A DNA stretch of 48,746 nt from Methylibium sp. (GTDB taxonomy: Bacteria; Pseudomonadota; Gammaproteobacteria; Burkholderiales; Burkholderiaceae_C). The position numbers and the translations under genes are program-made. The stretch spans positions 1-48,746 of the forward strand of contig NZ_JACDCU010000001.1 of the NCBI RefSeq assembly GCF_013817365.1, given 5' to 3'. The notes under the pieces were generated by a model. That model had not been told where the DNA came from and searched no databases. It worked only from the letters and a program-made list of their open reading frames with translations. Shown here one piece after another: positions 1 to 10,067 of this stretch; the stretch's first letter is position 1, and the number at the start of each line of letters is the position of its first letter.

Positions 1-2
1 CC

Positions 3-1580
3 CTGCGCGCGCTCGGCGACGACAACGTGCATGCCGCCGATCTCAGCCATGCCTACACGCCGAGCTTCGGCCTCATGGGGCACGAGTCGCTGATCATGCA
101 GCAGAGCGACATCGGCGCCATCTCCGATTCCATCAAGGACTGCCTGCGCTGCGGCAAATGCAAGCCGGTGTGTGCCACGCACGTGCCGCGCGCCAACCTG
201 CTGTACAGCCCGCGCAACAAGATCCTCGCCACCTCGCTGCTGGTCGAAGCTTTCCTGTACGAGGAGCAGACGCGCCGCGGCGTGTCGATCAAGCACTGGC
301 AGGAGTTCGAGGACGTCGCCGACCACTGCACGGTCTGCCACAAGTGCCTGAGTCCGTGCCCGGTCGACATCGACTTCGGCGACGTGTCGATGAACATGCG
401 CAACCTCCTGCGCAAGATGGGGCAAAAGACTTTCCGGCCCGGCAATGCGGCGGCGATGCTGTTCCTGAACGCGCGCAATCCGGACACCATCAAGCTCATG
501 CGCGGGGCGATGGTCGGCGTCGGCTTCAAGGCCCAGCGCCTGGCCAACGATCTGTTGCGCCGCCTCGCGAAGAAGCAGACCGCCGCGCCGCCGGCGACGG
601 TGGGCACCGCACCGATCAAGGCGCAGGTCATCCACTTCATCAACAAGAAGATGCCCGGCGGCCTGCCGAAAAAGACCGCGCGCGCACTGCTCGACATCGA
701 AGATGCCGATTACGTCCCGATCATCCGCAACCCCCAGGCGACCACGGCGGACAGCGAGGCGGTGTTCTATTTCCCCGGCTGCGGCTCCGAGCGGCTGTTC
801 TCGCAGGTGGGCCTGGCCACCCAGGCGATGCTCTGGCACGCCGGCGTGCAGACGGTGCTGCCGCCCGGCTACCTGTGCTGCGGCTACCCCCAGCGCGGCT
901 CGGGCCAGTTCGACAAGGCCGAGAAGATCATCACCGACAACCGGGTGCTGTTTCACCGCGTCGCCAACACGCTGAACTACCTCGATATCAAGACGGTCGT
1001 GGTCAGCTGCGGCACCTGCTACGACCAGTTGCAGGGCTACGACTTCGACAGCATCTTCCCCGGCTGCCGCATCATCGACATCCACGAATTCCTTCTCGAG
1101 AAGGGCATCACGCTCGACAAGGAGAAGGCCGGTGGCTACCTCTACCACGACCCCTGCCACAGCCCGATGAAGCTGCAGGCGCCGATGAAGACCGTCAAGG
1201 CGCTGGTCGGCGATGCCGTGCTCCAGAGTGACCGATGCTGCGGCGAGAGCGGCACCCTGGGCGTGACCCGGCCCGACATCGCGACACAGGTGCGTTTTCG
1301 CAAGGAAGAGGAACTGCGCAAGGACGAGGCGGCGCTGCGAGCGTTGACGCAAGGCGCTGGCGCTACGGGCGCGGTTGCTGAGCAGGGGCCGGTGAAGATC
1401 CTGACCTCCTGCCCGAGCTGCCTGCAGGGCCTTTCGCGCTACGGCAACGATCTGAATAACGGCCTGCTCGAAGCCGACTACATCGTGGTCGAGATGGCCC
1501 GGCTGATCCTCGGCGAGGACTGGCTGCCGGCTTACGTGAAGCGCGCCAACGACGGCGGCATCGAGCGGGTGCTGGTGTGA
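3..1580 (+). CDS. FAD/Fe-S oxidoreductase (DUF3683/DUF3400, GlcF-like CCG domains), 5'-truncated by the window edge
   Basis: Frame is open from base 3. Two 4Fe-4S motifs (CLRCGKCKPVC, CTVCHKCLSPCP), CCG motifs (CCGYP, CCGESG) and C-terminus GGIERVLV; this gene usually precedes HIT-DUF971-ubiE in Burkholderiales. Confidence 0.85.
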   Translation: MRALGDDNVHAADLSHAYTPSFGLMGHESLIMQQSDIGAISDSIKDCLRCGKCKPVCATHVPRANLLYSPRNKILATSLLVEAFLYEEQTRRGVSIKHWQEFEDVADHCTVCHKCLSPCPVDIDFGDVSMNMRNLLRKMGQKTFRPGNAAAMLFLNARNPDTIKLMRGAMVGVGFKAQRLANDLLRRLAKKQTAAPPATVGTAPIKAQVIHFINKKMPGGLPKKTARALLDIEDADYVPIIRNPQATTADSEAVFYFPGCGSERLFSQVGLATQAMLWHAGVQTVLPPGYLCCGYPQRGSGQFDKAEKIITDNRVLFHRVANTLNYLDIKTVVVSCGTCYDQLQGYDFDSIFPGCRIIDIHEFLLEKGITLDKEKAGGYLYHDPCHSPMKLQAPMKTVKALVGDAVLQSDRCCGESGTLGVTRPDIATQVRFRKEEELRKDEAALRALTQGAGATGAVAEQGPVKILTSCPSCLQGLSRYGNDLNNGLLEADYIVVEMARLILGEDWLPAYVKRANDGGIERVLV

Positions 1581-2035
1581 ATGCAAAGCCGCTTCGCAGC
1601 GACTGCGAGTTGTGCACGCAGCCGGGCGGGTTGCTGGTTCACCGGACCGAGGAATGGCGCGTTGTGCGTGTCGCCGATGCTGCCTTTCCCGCCTTCTACC
1701 GATTGATCTGGAACCGGCACGCGTCCGAGTTCACCGACCTCGATGCTGGCGCGCGGCAGCGCTGCATGGACGCGGTGGCTGCGGTGGAGCGCGCCTTGCG
1801 CGCCGCGCTGCAGCCGACCAAGGTCAACCTGGCGAGCCTGGGCAACGTGGTTGCGCACCTGCACTGGCATGTGATCGCCCGTTTCGACTGGGACAGCCAC
1901 TTTCCACAGCCGGTCTGGGGCAGCGCGCAGCGCAGCGTTGAGCCGCCTGCGGCCGCGCGCCTGCCGCTGGCGCTCGAGGCTCTCGACGCGCAGGTGGGCC
2001 AAGCACTTGCGTCGCTTTCATCCGCACGCGACTAA
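1577..2035 (+). CDS. HIT family protein (histidine triad nucleotide hydrolase)
   Basis: CELC N-terminal motif and NLASLGNVVAHLHWHVIARF histidine-triad signature; GTG start overlaps the upstream TGA. Confidence 0.9.
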   Translation: MNAKPLRSDCELCTQPGGLLVHRTEEWRVVRVADAAFPAFYRLIWNRHASEFTDLDAGARQRCMDAVAAVERALRAALQPTKVNLASLGNVVAHLHWHVIARFDWDSHFPQPVWGSAQRSVEPPAAARLPLALEALDAQVGQALASLSSARD

Positions 2036-2066
2036 ACTTTGCGGGCACCCGCACCGAAAGCGACCC

Positions 2067-2483
2067 ATGGCTGGCCTCAGCAAAGACACCCCCACCCCCA
2101 CCGCTCTGACCGTTCATCAGCAGTCGCGCGTGCTGGAAGTTGCCTTCTCCGACGGCGCGCAATTCAAGCTGCCGTTCGAGTTGCTGCGCGTTTATTCGCC
2201 TTCTGCCGAAGTCCAGGGCCATGGCCCTGGCCAGGAAGTGCTGCAGACCGGCAAGCGCGAGGTCGAGATCGTGGCGCTCGAGCCGGTGGGCAACTATGCG
2301 GTCCAGCCGACCTTCTCCGACGGCCACAGCTCGGGCCTGTACGCCTGGGATTACCTGTACCACCTCGGCGCGCGCCAGGACGAGCTGTGGAAGGACTACC
2401 TCGCCCGCTTGGAGACGGCCGGGGCGAACCGCGACGCGGCCATGGCCCAGGCCGGCGGTTCGGCCTGCGGGCACCACCATTGA
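2067..2483 (+). CDS. DUF971 / gamma-butyrobetaine hydroxylase N-terminal-like protein
   Basis: [16 protein letters not shown] and [24 protein letters not shown] motifs; start placed at ATG 2067 (MAGLSKD). Confidence 0.9.
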   Translation: MAGLSKDTPTPTALTVHQQSRVLEVAFSDGAQFKLPFELLRVYSPSAEVQGHGPGQEVLQTGKREVEIVALEPVGNYAVQPTFSDGHSSGLYAWDYLYHLGARQDELWKDYLARLETAGANRDAAMAQAGGSACGHHH

Positions 2484-2493
2484 TGAGCCGTTC

Positions 2494-3225
2494 ATGAGCC
2501 GCACGCACTTCGGCTTCGAGTCGGTCGAGGAGGCCCACAAGGCGGCCCGCGTGCGGGGCGTGTTCGATTCGGTCGCCGAGCGTTACGACCTGATGAACGA
2601 CCTGATGTCGATGGGCCTGCACCGCGCCTGGAAGGCCTACGCCGTGGCAGTGGCCAATGTGCGCGCCGGCCAGCGCGTGCTCGACATCGCCGGCGGCACC
2701 GGTGACCTCGCTCGCGCTTTTGCGCCGCAGGTCGGCAGCACCGGCCTGGTGGTGCACACCGACATCAACGAGAACATGCTGCGCACGGGGCGCGACCGGC
2801 TCATCGACGCCGGCGTGGCGCTGCCCACCGCGTTGTGCGACGCAGAAACACTGCCCTTCGCCGAAGCGAGCTTCGATCTGGTCAGCGTTGCTTTCGGCCT
2901 GCGCAACATGACCCACAAGGAGCGGGCCTTGACCGAGATGTGCCGCGTGCTCAAACCGGGCGGTCGGCTGATCGTGCTGGAATTTTCCAAAGTGACCCCG
3001 GCGCTCGCCAAGACATACGACTGGTATTCCTTCCAGCTCTTGCCTCGGCTCGGCCGCTGGGTTGCGAACGACGCGCAAAGCTACCGCTATCTTGCCGAAT
3101 CCATTCGCGTGCACCCCGACCAGGCAGCCCTCAAGGGCATGATGAAGAGCGCCGGCTTTGGCCACGTCGACGTGCACAACCTCGCCGGTGGTGTGGTCGC
3201 GCTGCACGTCGGCATTCGCTGCTGA
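2494..3225 (+). CDS. ubiE: Ubiquinone/menaquinone biosynthesis C-methyltransferase UbiE
   Basis: [33 protein letters not shown] motif [22 protein letters not shown]; 243 aa from ATG 2494. Confidence 0.97.
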   Translation: MSRTHFGFESVEEAHKAARVRGVFDSVAERYDLMNDLMSMGLHRAWKAYAVAVANVRAGQRVLDIAGGTGDLARAFAPQVGSTGLVVHTDINENMLRTGRDRLIDAGVALPTALCDAETLPFAEASFDLVSVAFGLRNMTHKERALTEMCRVLKPGGRLIVLEFSKVTPALAKTYDWYSFQLLPRLGRWVANDAQSYRYLAESIRVHPDQAALKGMMKSAGFGHVDVHNLAGGVVALHVGIRC

Positions 3226-3452
3226 CTTTGCCCTTTGAGGGCGGAGTGTGTGGTGCGCCGCAGAGCGTTCGTTTTTTCCGTTGGCCAGCTCACATAAAGC
3301 AGCAGGTTGTGCGGTTTTAACGGCCGCAAACGAGGGGGGAAGCCACGGCGAACCCCAAAGGCGGCGGCTTACACTGATGCGCTTTCCGGTGTGCGAATTT
3401 CGTGGGTCCGGCGCATCGAAAACGGGTGAACGAGTTGGGAGACTCTTTGAAC

Positions 3453-4421
3453 ATGAAGCATGCATTTTTCGAAGCGGGCGCAACCGCGGTGCGGCGCACT
3501 GCCAAGCTGGTGATATCGGCCCTTGCGCTCGGTGCACTCGTTGCCTGCGGCGGCGATGACGAGGCCGAAAAGCCGGCCTCGCAAGTGGCCGCCAAGGTCA
3601 ACAAGGAAGAGTTGTCGGTCCATCAGGTGAACTACGTGCTGCAGCGCCAGCCCGGTCTGCAACCCGAGGAGGCGCCGGCCGCGAGCCGCCACGTGCTGGA
3701 GCGCCTGATCGACCAGGAACTGGCGCTGCAACGGGCCGAGGAAACCAAGATCGACCGCAGTCCGCGCGTCATGCAGGCCATGGAGGCGGCACGCCGAGAG
3801 ATCATTTCGCGTGCTTACCTCGAGAAGCTCAGCGAGGAGGCGACCAAACCCACCACCGAGGAGATCCGCACCTACTACGACGCGAACCCGGCGCTGTTCA
3901 AGGAACGCCGGATCTTCAGCTTTCAAGAGATCGCCATCGAGGCCAAGCCGGAGCAGGCAGAACCCCTGCGCAAGCAACTCGAGTCCGCAAAAACCGTCAA
4001 CGAGTTTCTCGAGCACCTCAAGGCCAACGACATCCGCTTTGCCGGCAGTCAGGCCGTGCGTGCCGCCGAGCAGTTGCCGCTCAACCGCCTGCCGATCGTT
4101 GCCAAGATGAAGGACGGCGAGTCGATGTTTAACGTGCTGCCGAGCGGCGTGCAGGTCGTCGTGCTGGCCAGCTCGCGCAGCCAGCCGGTCGACCTCGAAC
4201 GAGCGACGCCGGCCATCGAACAGTTCCTGCTGAATGAACGAAAGCGCAAGCTGATCGAAGAAGACGTGAAGGCGATGCGGGCCGGCGCGAAGATCGAATA
4301 CGTCGGCGCGTTTGCGAAGGACGGCGCGTCCGCCCCGCAGGCGCCGGCGGCAGCGCCCGCCGCGCAAACGCCGGCATCGGCCGGTCTCGACATCGAGAAG
4401 GGCTTGAGGGGTCTCAAATGA
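3453..4421 (+). CDS. epsD: EpsD-family peptidyl-prolyl cis-trans isomerase-like lipoprotein
   Basis: Lipobox LVAC-GG; SQVAAKVNKEELSVHQVN, LERLIDQEL, YYDANPALFKERRI and RAAEQLP motifs; GGGAGA RBS before ATG 3453; first gene of an epsDEFG-xrtB run. Confidence 0.88.
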   Translation: MKHAFFEAGATAVRRTAKLVISALALGALVACGGDDEAEKPASQVAAKVNKEELSVHQVNYVLQRQPGLQPEEAPAASRHVLERLIDQELALQRAEETKIDRSPRVMQAMEAARREIISRAYLEKLSEEATKPTTEEIRTYYDANPALFKERRIFSFQEIAIEAKPEQAEPLRKQLESAKTVNEFLEHLKANDIRFAGSQAVRAAEQLPLNRLPIVAKMKDGESMFNVLPSGVQVVVLASSRSQPVDLERATPAIEQFLLNERKRKLIEEDVKAMRAGAKIEYVGAFAKDGASAPQAPAAAPAAQTPASAGLDIEKGLRGLK

Positions 4422-5254
4422 ACGATTGGAGAATGGGCATGCAGATCGTTTTCCTGCGGTTTTTGGCGGGTTTAACGTTGTTGCTGATGGTCGGCACCAG
4501 TGCCGTTGCGCAGACGGCAGCGAACAAGTCGGAGCACCTGCTCGGGCCGGGCGACGTCATCCGGATCACCGTTTATCAGAATCCCGATCTGACGTCGGAG
4601 GCGCGTCTGTCGGAAAACGGCAGCATCACCTTTCCGCTGCTGGGCTCGATCGAGCTGGACGGGCTGGGACTCAACGCGGCCGAGCAGAAGATCGCCCGGA
4701 TGCTGCGCGAGGGCAAGTTCGTCATCAAGCCTCAGGTCGCCGTGCAGTTGCTGGAGATCCGCAGCGCGCAAATCTCCATCATCGGCCAGGTCGGCAAGCC
4801 CGGCCGCTACCCGATCGACACGACGAACAGCAAGGTCTCCGAGATGATCGCCAGTGCCGGCGGCATTGCCGCCACCGGTGACGACGTGGTCACGCTGGTC
4901 GGCACCCGCAACGGTAAGCCGGTGAAGATCGACATCGACCTGCCGGCGATCTACGAGACCGGCGAGTCGCAACTCGATGTGCGTGTCGCCAACGGCGACA
5001 TCATTTACGTGCACAAGGCGCCGAACTTCTACATCTACGGTGAGGTGCAGCGACCGGGCGTCTACCAGCTCGAGCGCGGCACGACGCTGCTCAAGGCCCT
5101 GGCGCAAAGCGGTGGCGTGACGACGCGTGGCACCGAGCGTGGCATGAAGCTGCACCGGCGCGACGAAACCGGAGCCGTGACAGTGCTGGAGCCCAAGATG
5201 AACGATGTTCTCGAGGCCGAGGACATCATCTACATCCGCGAGTCTTTGTTCTAG
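4418..5254 (+). CDS. epsE: Polysaccharide export protein EpsE (Wza-like, Poly_export + SLBB domains)
   Basis: LGPGDVIRITVYQNPDL, GSITFPLLG, GQVGKPGRYP, GEVQRPGVY, ends IRESLF; signal peptide. Start could be 4433. Confidence 0.92.
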   Translation: MNDWRMGMQIVFLRFLAGLTLLLMVGTSAVAQTAANKSEHLLGPGDVIRITVYQNPDLTSEARLSENGSITFPLLGSIELDGLGLNAAEQKIARMLREGKFVIKPQVAVQLLEIRSAQISIIGQVGKPGRYPIDTTNSKVSEMIASAGGIAATGDDVVTLVGTRNGKPVKIDIDLPAIYETGESQLDVRVANGDIIYVHKAPNFYIYGEVQRPGVYQLERGTTLLKALAQSGGVTTRGTERGMKLHRRDETGAVTVLEPKMNDVLEAEDIIYIRESLF

Positions 5255-5269
5255 ATTCAGGAGACTCAC

Positions 5270-6679
5270 ATGTCCGTTTGGCAAATTTTGCGCATCGTCT
5301 GGGCGCGGCGCTGGCTGGCGCTGGGCTTGTTCGTGTTGACGACTGCCGTGGGCATCGGCTTCATGCTGAGTCTGCCGAAGCAGTACACGGCCGAGTCGAC
5401 CCTCGTGTTCGACGTCAAGCCCGATATCGTGGGCATATTGGCGCCGAACATGGCGACCCCCGCCTACATGCTCACGCAGATCGAGATCATCCGGAGCGAC
5501 CGGGTGGCCTCTCGGGTGGTCAAGGCCCTAGGGCTGGAGAACTCGGCTACGGCGGTCCAGCAGTGGCGAGAAGCGACGGACCGCAAGATTCCGCTGGACC
5601 GTTATTTCGGCGGGCTCCTGCAACGCGGGTTGCAGGTTCAGCCGGCGCGGGGCAGCAACATCGTCGCGGTGCTGTACTCCGCGCAGGAGCCGGTGTTCGC
5701 CGCGACCGTCGCCAATGCCTTCGCACAGGCGTACATCGAGATTTCCATAGACATGCGTGTCGAGCCTGCTCGGCAATACGCAGGCTGGTTCGACGAACAG
5801 TCGAAGGTGCTGCGCAACAACCTCGCTCAGGCGCAGAGCAGACTGTCGCAGTACCAGCGCGATAAGGGCATCATCGTTTCGGCCGACCAGGTCGATCAGG
5901 AAAGCGGGCGGCTTTCGGCGCTCAACGGTCAGTTGCTGGTCGCGCAGGCCGAACTGGTAGAAGCGGCGGGGCGGCAGCGCAGCAGCGGCACCGCGCTTTC
6001 ACCCGACGTTGCGCAAAGCGGCTTGGCACAAACGCTCAAGGGACAGCTGGCGCAAGCCGAGACCCGGATGGGCGAGATCAGCAGCACCTTGGGCACGAAC
6101 CATCCGCAGCGCCAACAGCTGGACGTGCAGATCCGAGAGCTCAGGCAGCAGTTGGCGACCGAGATCCGGCGCGTTTCGGGCGGCACCTCGGTCATCAGCC
6201 GCAGCAGCGCGCAGAAGGTCGAAGAGCTGCGCAACATGGTCGAGGCGCAGAAGAAGCAGGTGCTCGCCTTGCGCAACGAACGTGATCAGGCGGCCGTCCT
6301 GATGCGCGACGTCGAGACGGCACAACGCGCCTATGACGGTGCCAGCCAGCGCGTGAGCCAACTCAACCTGGAAAGCCAGACCAATCAGGCCAGCGTGCGT
6401 CTGCTCAACCCTGCCATCGAACCGCTCACTCCGTCGCAGCCGCAGATTCCAAAGGGCGTGGCGCTGGCTCTGCTGGCCGGCTTGGCCGTGGGCTTGGGTG
6501 CCGCGATGGGCCTGGAGCTGCTCGACCGGCGCGTACGCAGCCCTGAAGACGTGATCTCGCTCGAAGGCGTGCCGGTTCTGGGTGTGTTGCACCCGGTCGG
6601 CTCCAAGGTGCCTGTCTTCCGCAGGCTGGCGCTCGGCGGTATGCCGCGTCCGGCGGCGCTGCCCATGGGAGCACGATGA
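5270..6679 (+). CDS. epsF: Chain-length determinant / polysaccharide co-polymerase EpsF (Wzc N-terminal-like)
   Basis: N-terminal TM, PKQYTAES, TQIEIIRS, long coiled coil, NHP motif, second TM then ELLDRRVRS and VPVLG; CAGGAG RBS. Confidence 0.92.
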   Translation: MSVWQILRIVWARRWLALGLFVLTTAVGIGFMLSLPKQYTAESTLVFDVKPDIVGILAPNMATPAYMLTQIEIIRSDRVASRVVKALGLENSATAVQQWREATDRKIPLDRYFGGLLQRGLQVQPARGSNIVAVLYSAQEPVFAATVANAFAQAYIEISIDMRVEPARQYAGWFDEQSKVLRNNLAQAQSRLSQYQRDKGIIVSADQVDQESGRLSALNGQLLVAQAELVEAAGRQRSSGTALSPDVAQSGLAQTLKGQLAQAETRMGEISSTLGTNHPQRQQLDVQIRELRQQLATEIRRVSGGTSVISRSSAQKVEELRNMVEAQKKQVLALRNERDQAAVLMRDVETAQRAYDGASQRVSQLNLESQTNQASVRLLNPAIEPLTPSQPQIPKGVALALLAGLAVGLGAAMGLELLDRRVRSPEDVISLEGVPVLGVLHPVGSKVPVFRRLALGGMPRPAALPMGAR

Positions 6680-7575
6680 TGCGAATGAGCGTCGCTACCG
6701 TTCCGACGCTGCCGCGTGCGAACCGCACGATCGGCGCGATCCTGATGGACGCAGGCCTGCTCTCGGCAGAAGACGCCGAGCAGATCCTGCGCCTGCAGCG
6801 CCAGAACAACCTGCGCTTCGGCGAGGCCGCCATTCGGCTGGGCCTGCTCACCGAGGCCGACATCCAGTACGCGCTGGCCCGCCAGTTCGACTATGCCTAT
6901 CTGCGCATGAGCGAACACAAGGCGGTGAGCGAAGAAGTCATCGCCGCCTACCAGCCGTTCAGCGCCACGGTGGAGCGGCTGCGCGCGGTGCGCAGCCAGC
7001 TCATGCTGCGCTGGTTCGACAAGGCCGAGCACCGGCAGACGATGGCGATCGTGGGGCCGTCTCGCAATGACGGCCGCAGCTACCTGGCCGCCAACCTCGC
7101 GGTGGTATTTGCGCAGCTCGGCGAGCGCACCCTGCTGATCGACGCCGACATGCGTCAGCCGCGCCAGCACGAGCTGTTCATGCTGCAGAACAAGGTAGGC
7201 CTCTCGACGCTGCTGGCACACCGCTCGCGCGAGGAAGCCATCGTGCGCATCACCGATCTGGTCGGTCTGTCTGTGCTGCCGGCTGGCCCGGTGCCGCCCA
7301 ATCCTTCGGAGCTGCTCAACCGCCCCGCCTTCGATGAGCTGATCTCGCACGTGCGTTCTTCCTACGACGTGGTGCTGATCGACACACCGAGCCTGTCGAG
7401 CGGCGAAGATGCCGCCATGATCGCCGTGCGCACCGGCGCCGTGCTGGCCGTGGCCCGCACCAAGCAAACGCGCGTGGCGGCCTTCGACGACATGGTGGTC
7501 GGCCTCACCAACGCCGGCGTGGCGGTGGTCGGCACGGTGCTCAACGATGTGCCGCTGAAGAAGCCCGCCAAGTGA
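6676..7575 (+). CDS. epsG: Chain-length determinant tyrosine-kinase-like protein EpsG
   Basis: IGAILMDAG...FGEAAIRLG N-terminal domain, LRAVRSQLMLRWF, GRSYLAANLAVVFAQLGERTLLIDADMRQP, PPNPSELL, YDVVLIDTP. Confidence 0.92.
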   Translation: MMRMSVATVPTLPRANRTIGAILMDAGLLSAEDAEQILRLQRQNNLRFGEAAIRLGLLTEADIQYALARQFDYAYLRMSEHKAVSEEVIAAYQPFSATVERLRAVRSQLMLRWFDKAEHRQTMAIVGPSRNDGRSYLAANLAVVFAQLGERTLLIDADMRQPRQHELFMLQNKVGLSTLLAHRSREEAIVRITDLVGLSVLPAGPVPPNPSELLNRPAFDELISHVRSSYDVVLIDTPSLSSGEDAAMIAVRTGAVLAVARTKQTRVAAFDDMVVGLTNAGVAVVGTVLNDVPLKKPAK

Positions 7576-8471
7576 GCTCCCCTGCTTTTCCGCTCGAATC
7601 GCGCTCATCCTGGCTCGGTGCTCCGAATGCCGGCTGGGTGATCGCGCTGCTCGGTTGGGCGGCGATGTACCTGCCGGTGTACTGGTGGGCCGGCAACACG
7701 ATCTGGCAGTCCGACGAACACGCGCACGGCCCGATCGTGCTGGCGGTGCTGGTCTGGCTGCTTTGGGGCTTGCGCGAGTCGCTGGCGCAGTCGCCCGATG
7801 AAGTTCAGTTGGGCTGGGGATGGGGCTGGCCGGTGCTGGCTTTCGGCCTGCTGCTCTACGTGCTGGGTCAGGTTCTCAATTTTTCGATTTTCTTGTTCGC
7901 TTCGCAGACTTTCGTGCTGGCTGGCGCGCTGCTGCTCCTGAAGGGCACGCGAGCCCTGCGCCTAGCCTGGTTCCCCATTTTCTACACCATCTTCATGATC
8001 CCGCTGCCGGGCGTGCTGGTGGACGCGATCACCGGGCCGCTCAAGCAGTGGATCTCGGCGATCGTGGAGAACATTCTTTACGGCGTGGGCTATCCGATCG
8101 CCCGTACCGGCGTGGTCATCGTCGTCGGCCAGTACCAGATGCTCGTGGCCGACGCCTGCTCTGGCCTGAACTCCATGTTCAGCCTCTCGGCGCTGGGCAC
8201 GGTGTTCATGTACCTGATGGCGCGCAAGAGCGTGCTGCACAACGCCATCATGCTGGCTTCTATCTTGCCGATCGCTTTTGCGTCGAACATCATCCGCGTG
8301 ATCATTCTGGTGCTGATCACTTACCACTTCGGCGACGAGGCGGGGCAGGGCTTCCTGCACGGCGCGGCCGGCATGGTGCTGATGCTGGTGGCGCTGGTCA
8401 TCTTCTTCCTGCTAGACACGCTGCTGGCCTGGGTTCTCGGCTCGCGCCGCAAGCCGGCAGCCACCGCCTGA
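7572..8471 (+). CDS. xrtB: Exosortase B (EpsH family)
   Basis: Multi-TM protein with EHAHG, VADACSGLNS (Cys), NIIRV (Arg) and FLHG (His), the exosortase catalytic triad; follows epsG. Confidence 0.93.
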   Translation: MSSPAFPLESRSSWLGAPNAGWVIALLGWAAMYLPVYWWAGNTIWQSDEHAHGPIVLAVLVWLLWGLRESLAQSPDEVQLGWGWGWPVLAFGLLLYVLGQVLNFSIFLFASQTFVLAGALLLLKGTRALRLAWFPIFYTIFMIPLPGVLVDAITGPLKQWISAIVENILYGVGYPIARTGVVIVVGQYQMLVADACSGLNSMFSLSALGTVFMYLMARKSVLHNAIMLASILPIAFASNIIRVIILVLITYHFGDEAGQGFLHGAAGMVLMLVALVIFFLLDTLLAWVLGSRRKPAATA

Positions 8472-8498
8472 GCTTGCGTTTCGGCCGGGAGAGCGTTA

Positions 8499-10067
8499 AT
8501 GCCTGAGCATCTACGGGCCCTCGTCGTCATCCTCGTGTTTGCCAGCGTGGTGTTCGCGCTAGGCCGACGGCCCGCAACGGACCTTTCGGTGTTGCCCCAG
8601 GATTTCGCGCGCCGGCGCAACCTGTGGATCGCGGTGACGGTCATTGCATTTGTTTCGCACAACTACTGGCTGTTCGCCGGCTTCACCGGGCTGGTGTTGT
8701 TGATGGCGGGGCGAAAGGAAGCCAACGTCGTTGCGCTTTTCGTGTGGCTGCTGTTTGCGGTGCCTGCTTTTTTCAAGGAAGTTCCCGGCTTCGGTGTCAT
8801 CAACTATCTGATGACGATGGAGTACATACGGCTGTTGACGATTAGCCTGCTGGTCCCCGCCTACATCGGCCTGCGCAGGCAAGCTCGGGTCGAGCGGAGC
8901 GGTTGGTTACCGACGGACTATCTGCTCTTGGTCTACATGCTGATCCAGCTGACGCTGCGCTTAAACGTAGATACCGCCACCAATACCGCGCGCTACGCCG
9001 TCTACGCGCTGCTCGACGTCGGCCTGCCCTACTACGTAGCCAGCCGGTCCTTGCGTGAGCTCAGCCAGTTCCGGGACGTCGCCATGAGCTTCGTGGTAGC
9101 GGCCATGGTGCTTGCACTGATCGGAATTTTTGAATCGGTGAAATGGTGGCTGCTGTACTCGAGCCTCGAAAGGGCGCTGGATGCGAACTGGGGGTACAGC
9201 AACTACCTCGGCCGCACGGCCATCCTGCGCGCCCAGGCCAGCACGGGTCAACCCATCGTCTTCGGTTATGTAATGGTGGTGGCGCTGGCGCTATATGCAT
9301 ACCTCCGTTGTTGCGTCAAAAGCCGGGCACTTTGGTGGCTGGGTTTTGCCCTTCTCGGCGGTGGGCTGCTCGCCTCGTACTCCCGCGGGCCTTGGGTTGG
9401 CGCTGCGGTAGGCCTCGTCGTGTTCAGATTGGCCGGGCCGAATGCGGTGGGCGGGCTCTTAAAGGCGGCCCTCGTTGTGGGTGCGATTTGCGCGCTCGTG
9501 CTTGTGTCGCCGATGGGCGATACCGTGATCGACCTGCTGCCTTTTATAGGAACGGTGGACAAAAACAACGTGGACTACCGAGAGGAGTTGTTGACGACCG
9601 GGGTGAGGCTAATCCTGCATGAGCCATGGTTCGGCGTCACCGGTTACATGAACCAGTTGGTAGACAACGAACTGGTGATCGGCGGCATGGTCGATCTCGT
9701 GAACACTTTCCTCGGTATCGGCCTGGCCTATGGCGTGATCGCGCTGGCCTGCTTCGTCGGTGTTTTTGCAGTCACCGCTCGTAGCGCTTACATGGCGATG
9801 CGCCGCTTGCCCAACCCGCAAGACGAAGCACGCATGCTCGGTTGCGGCATCCTGGCTTGCTTCACAGGCATCGGCGTGACCATCTTCACCACCAGCAGCA
9901 TCACCGTCATACCGGTCATCTACTGGATCATGGCCGGCGTCGGCGCCGGTTACGTCGCGATGCTGCGCCGGCAGGCTGCGAGTCGCACTGCGGACCGGCA
10001 GGGCCTTGCCGCTGCGTCCGCGCGCTCTCGTCGCTTCGTGCCGCGAGCGGGCGCGCGTGTTTCATGA
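8499..10067 (+). CDS. O-antigen ligase-family membrane protein, probable Wzy polymerase
   Basis: About 12 hydrophobic segments; RAQASTGQPIVFG, SYSRGPWVG and PWFG motifs; lies in an EPS operon with Wzx. Confidence 0.8.
   Translation: MPEHLRALVVILVFASVVFALGRRPATDLSVLPQDFARRRNLWIAVTVIAFVSHNYWLFAGFTGLVLLMAGRKEANVVALFVWLLFAVPAFFKEVPGFGVINYLMTMEYIRLLTISLLVPAYIGLRRQARVERSGWLPTDYLLLVYMLIQLTLRLNVDTATNTARYAVYALLDVGLPYYVASRSLRELSQFRDVAMSFVVAAMVLALIGIFESVKWWLLYSSLERALDANWGYSNYLGRTAILRAQASTGQPIVFGYVMVVALALYAYLRCCVKSRALWWLGFALLGGGLLASYSRGPWVGAAVGLVVFRLAGPNAVGGLLKAALVVGAICALVLVSPMGDTVIDLLPFIGTVDKNNVDYREELLTTGVRLILHEPWFGVTGYMNQLVDNELVIGGMVDLVNTFLGIGLAYGVIALACFVGVFAVTARSAYMAMRRLPNPQDEARMLGCGILACFTGIGVTIFTTSSITVIPVIYWIMAGVGAGYVAMLRRQAASRTADRQGLAAASARSRRFVPRAGARVS

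Noticed and set aside
3230-3242. GCCCT-TTG-AGGGC hairpin after ubiE as an intrinsic terminator
   Set aside because: Only a 5-bp stem with no adjacent U-tract.
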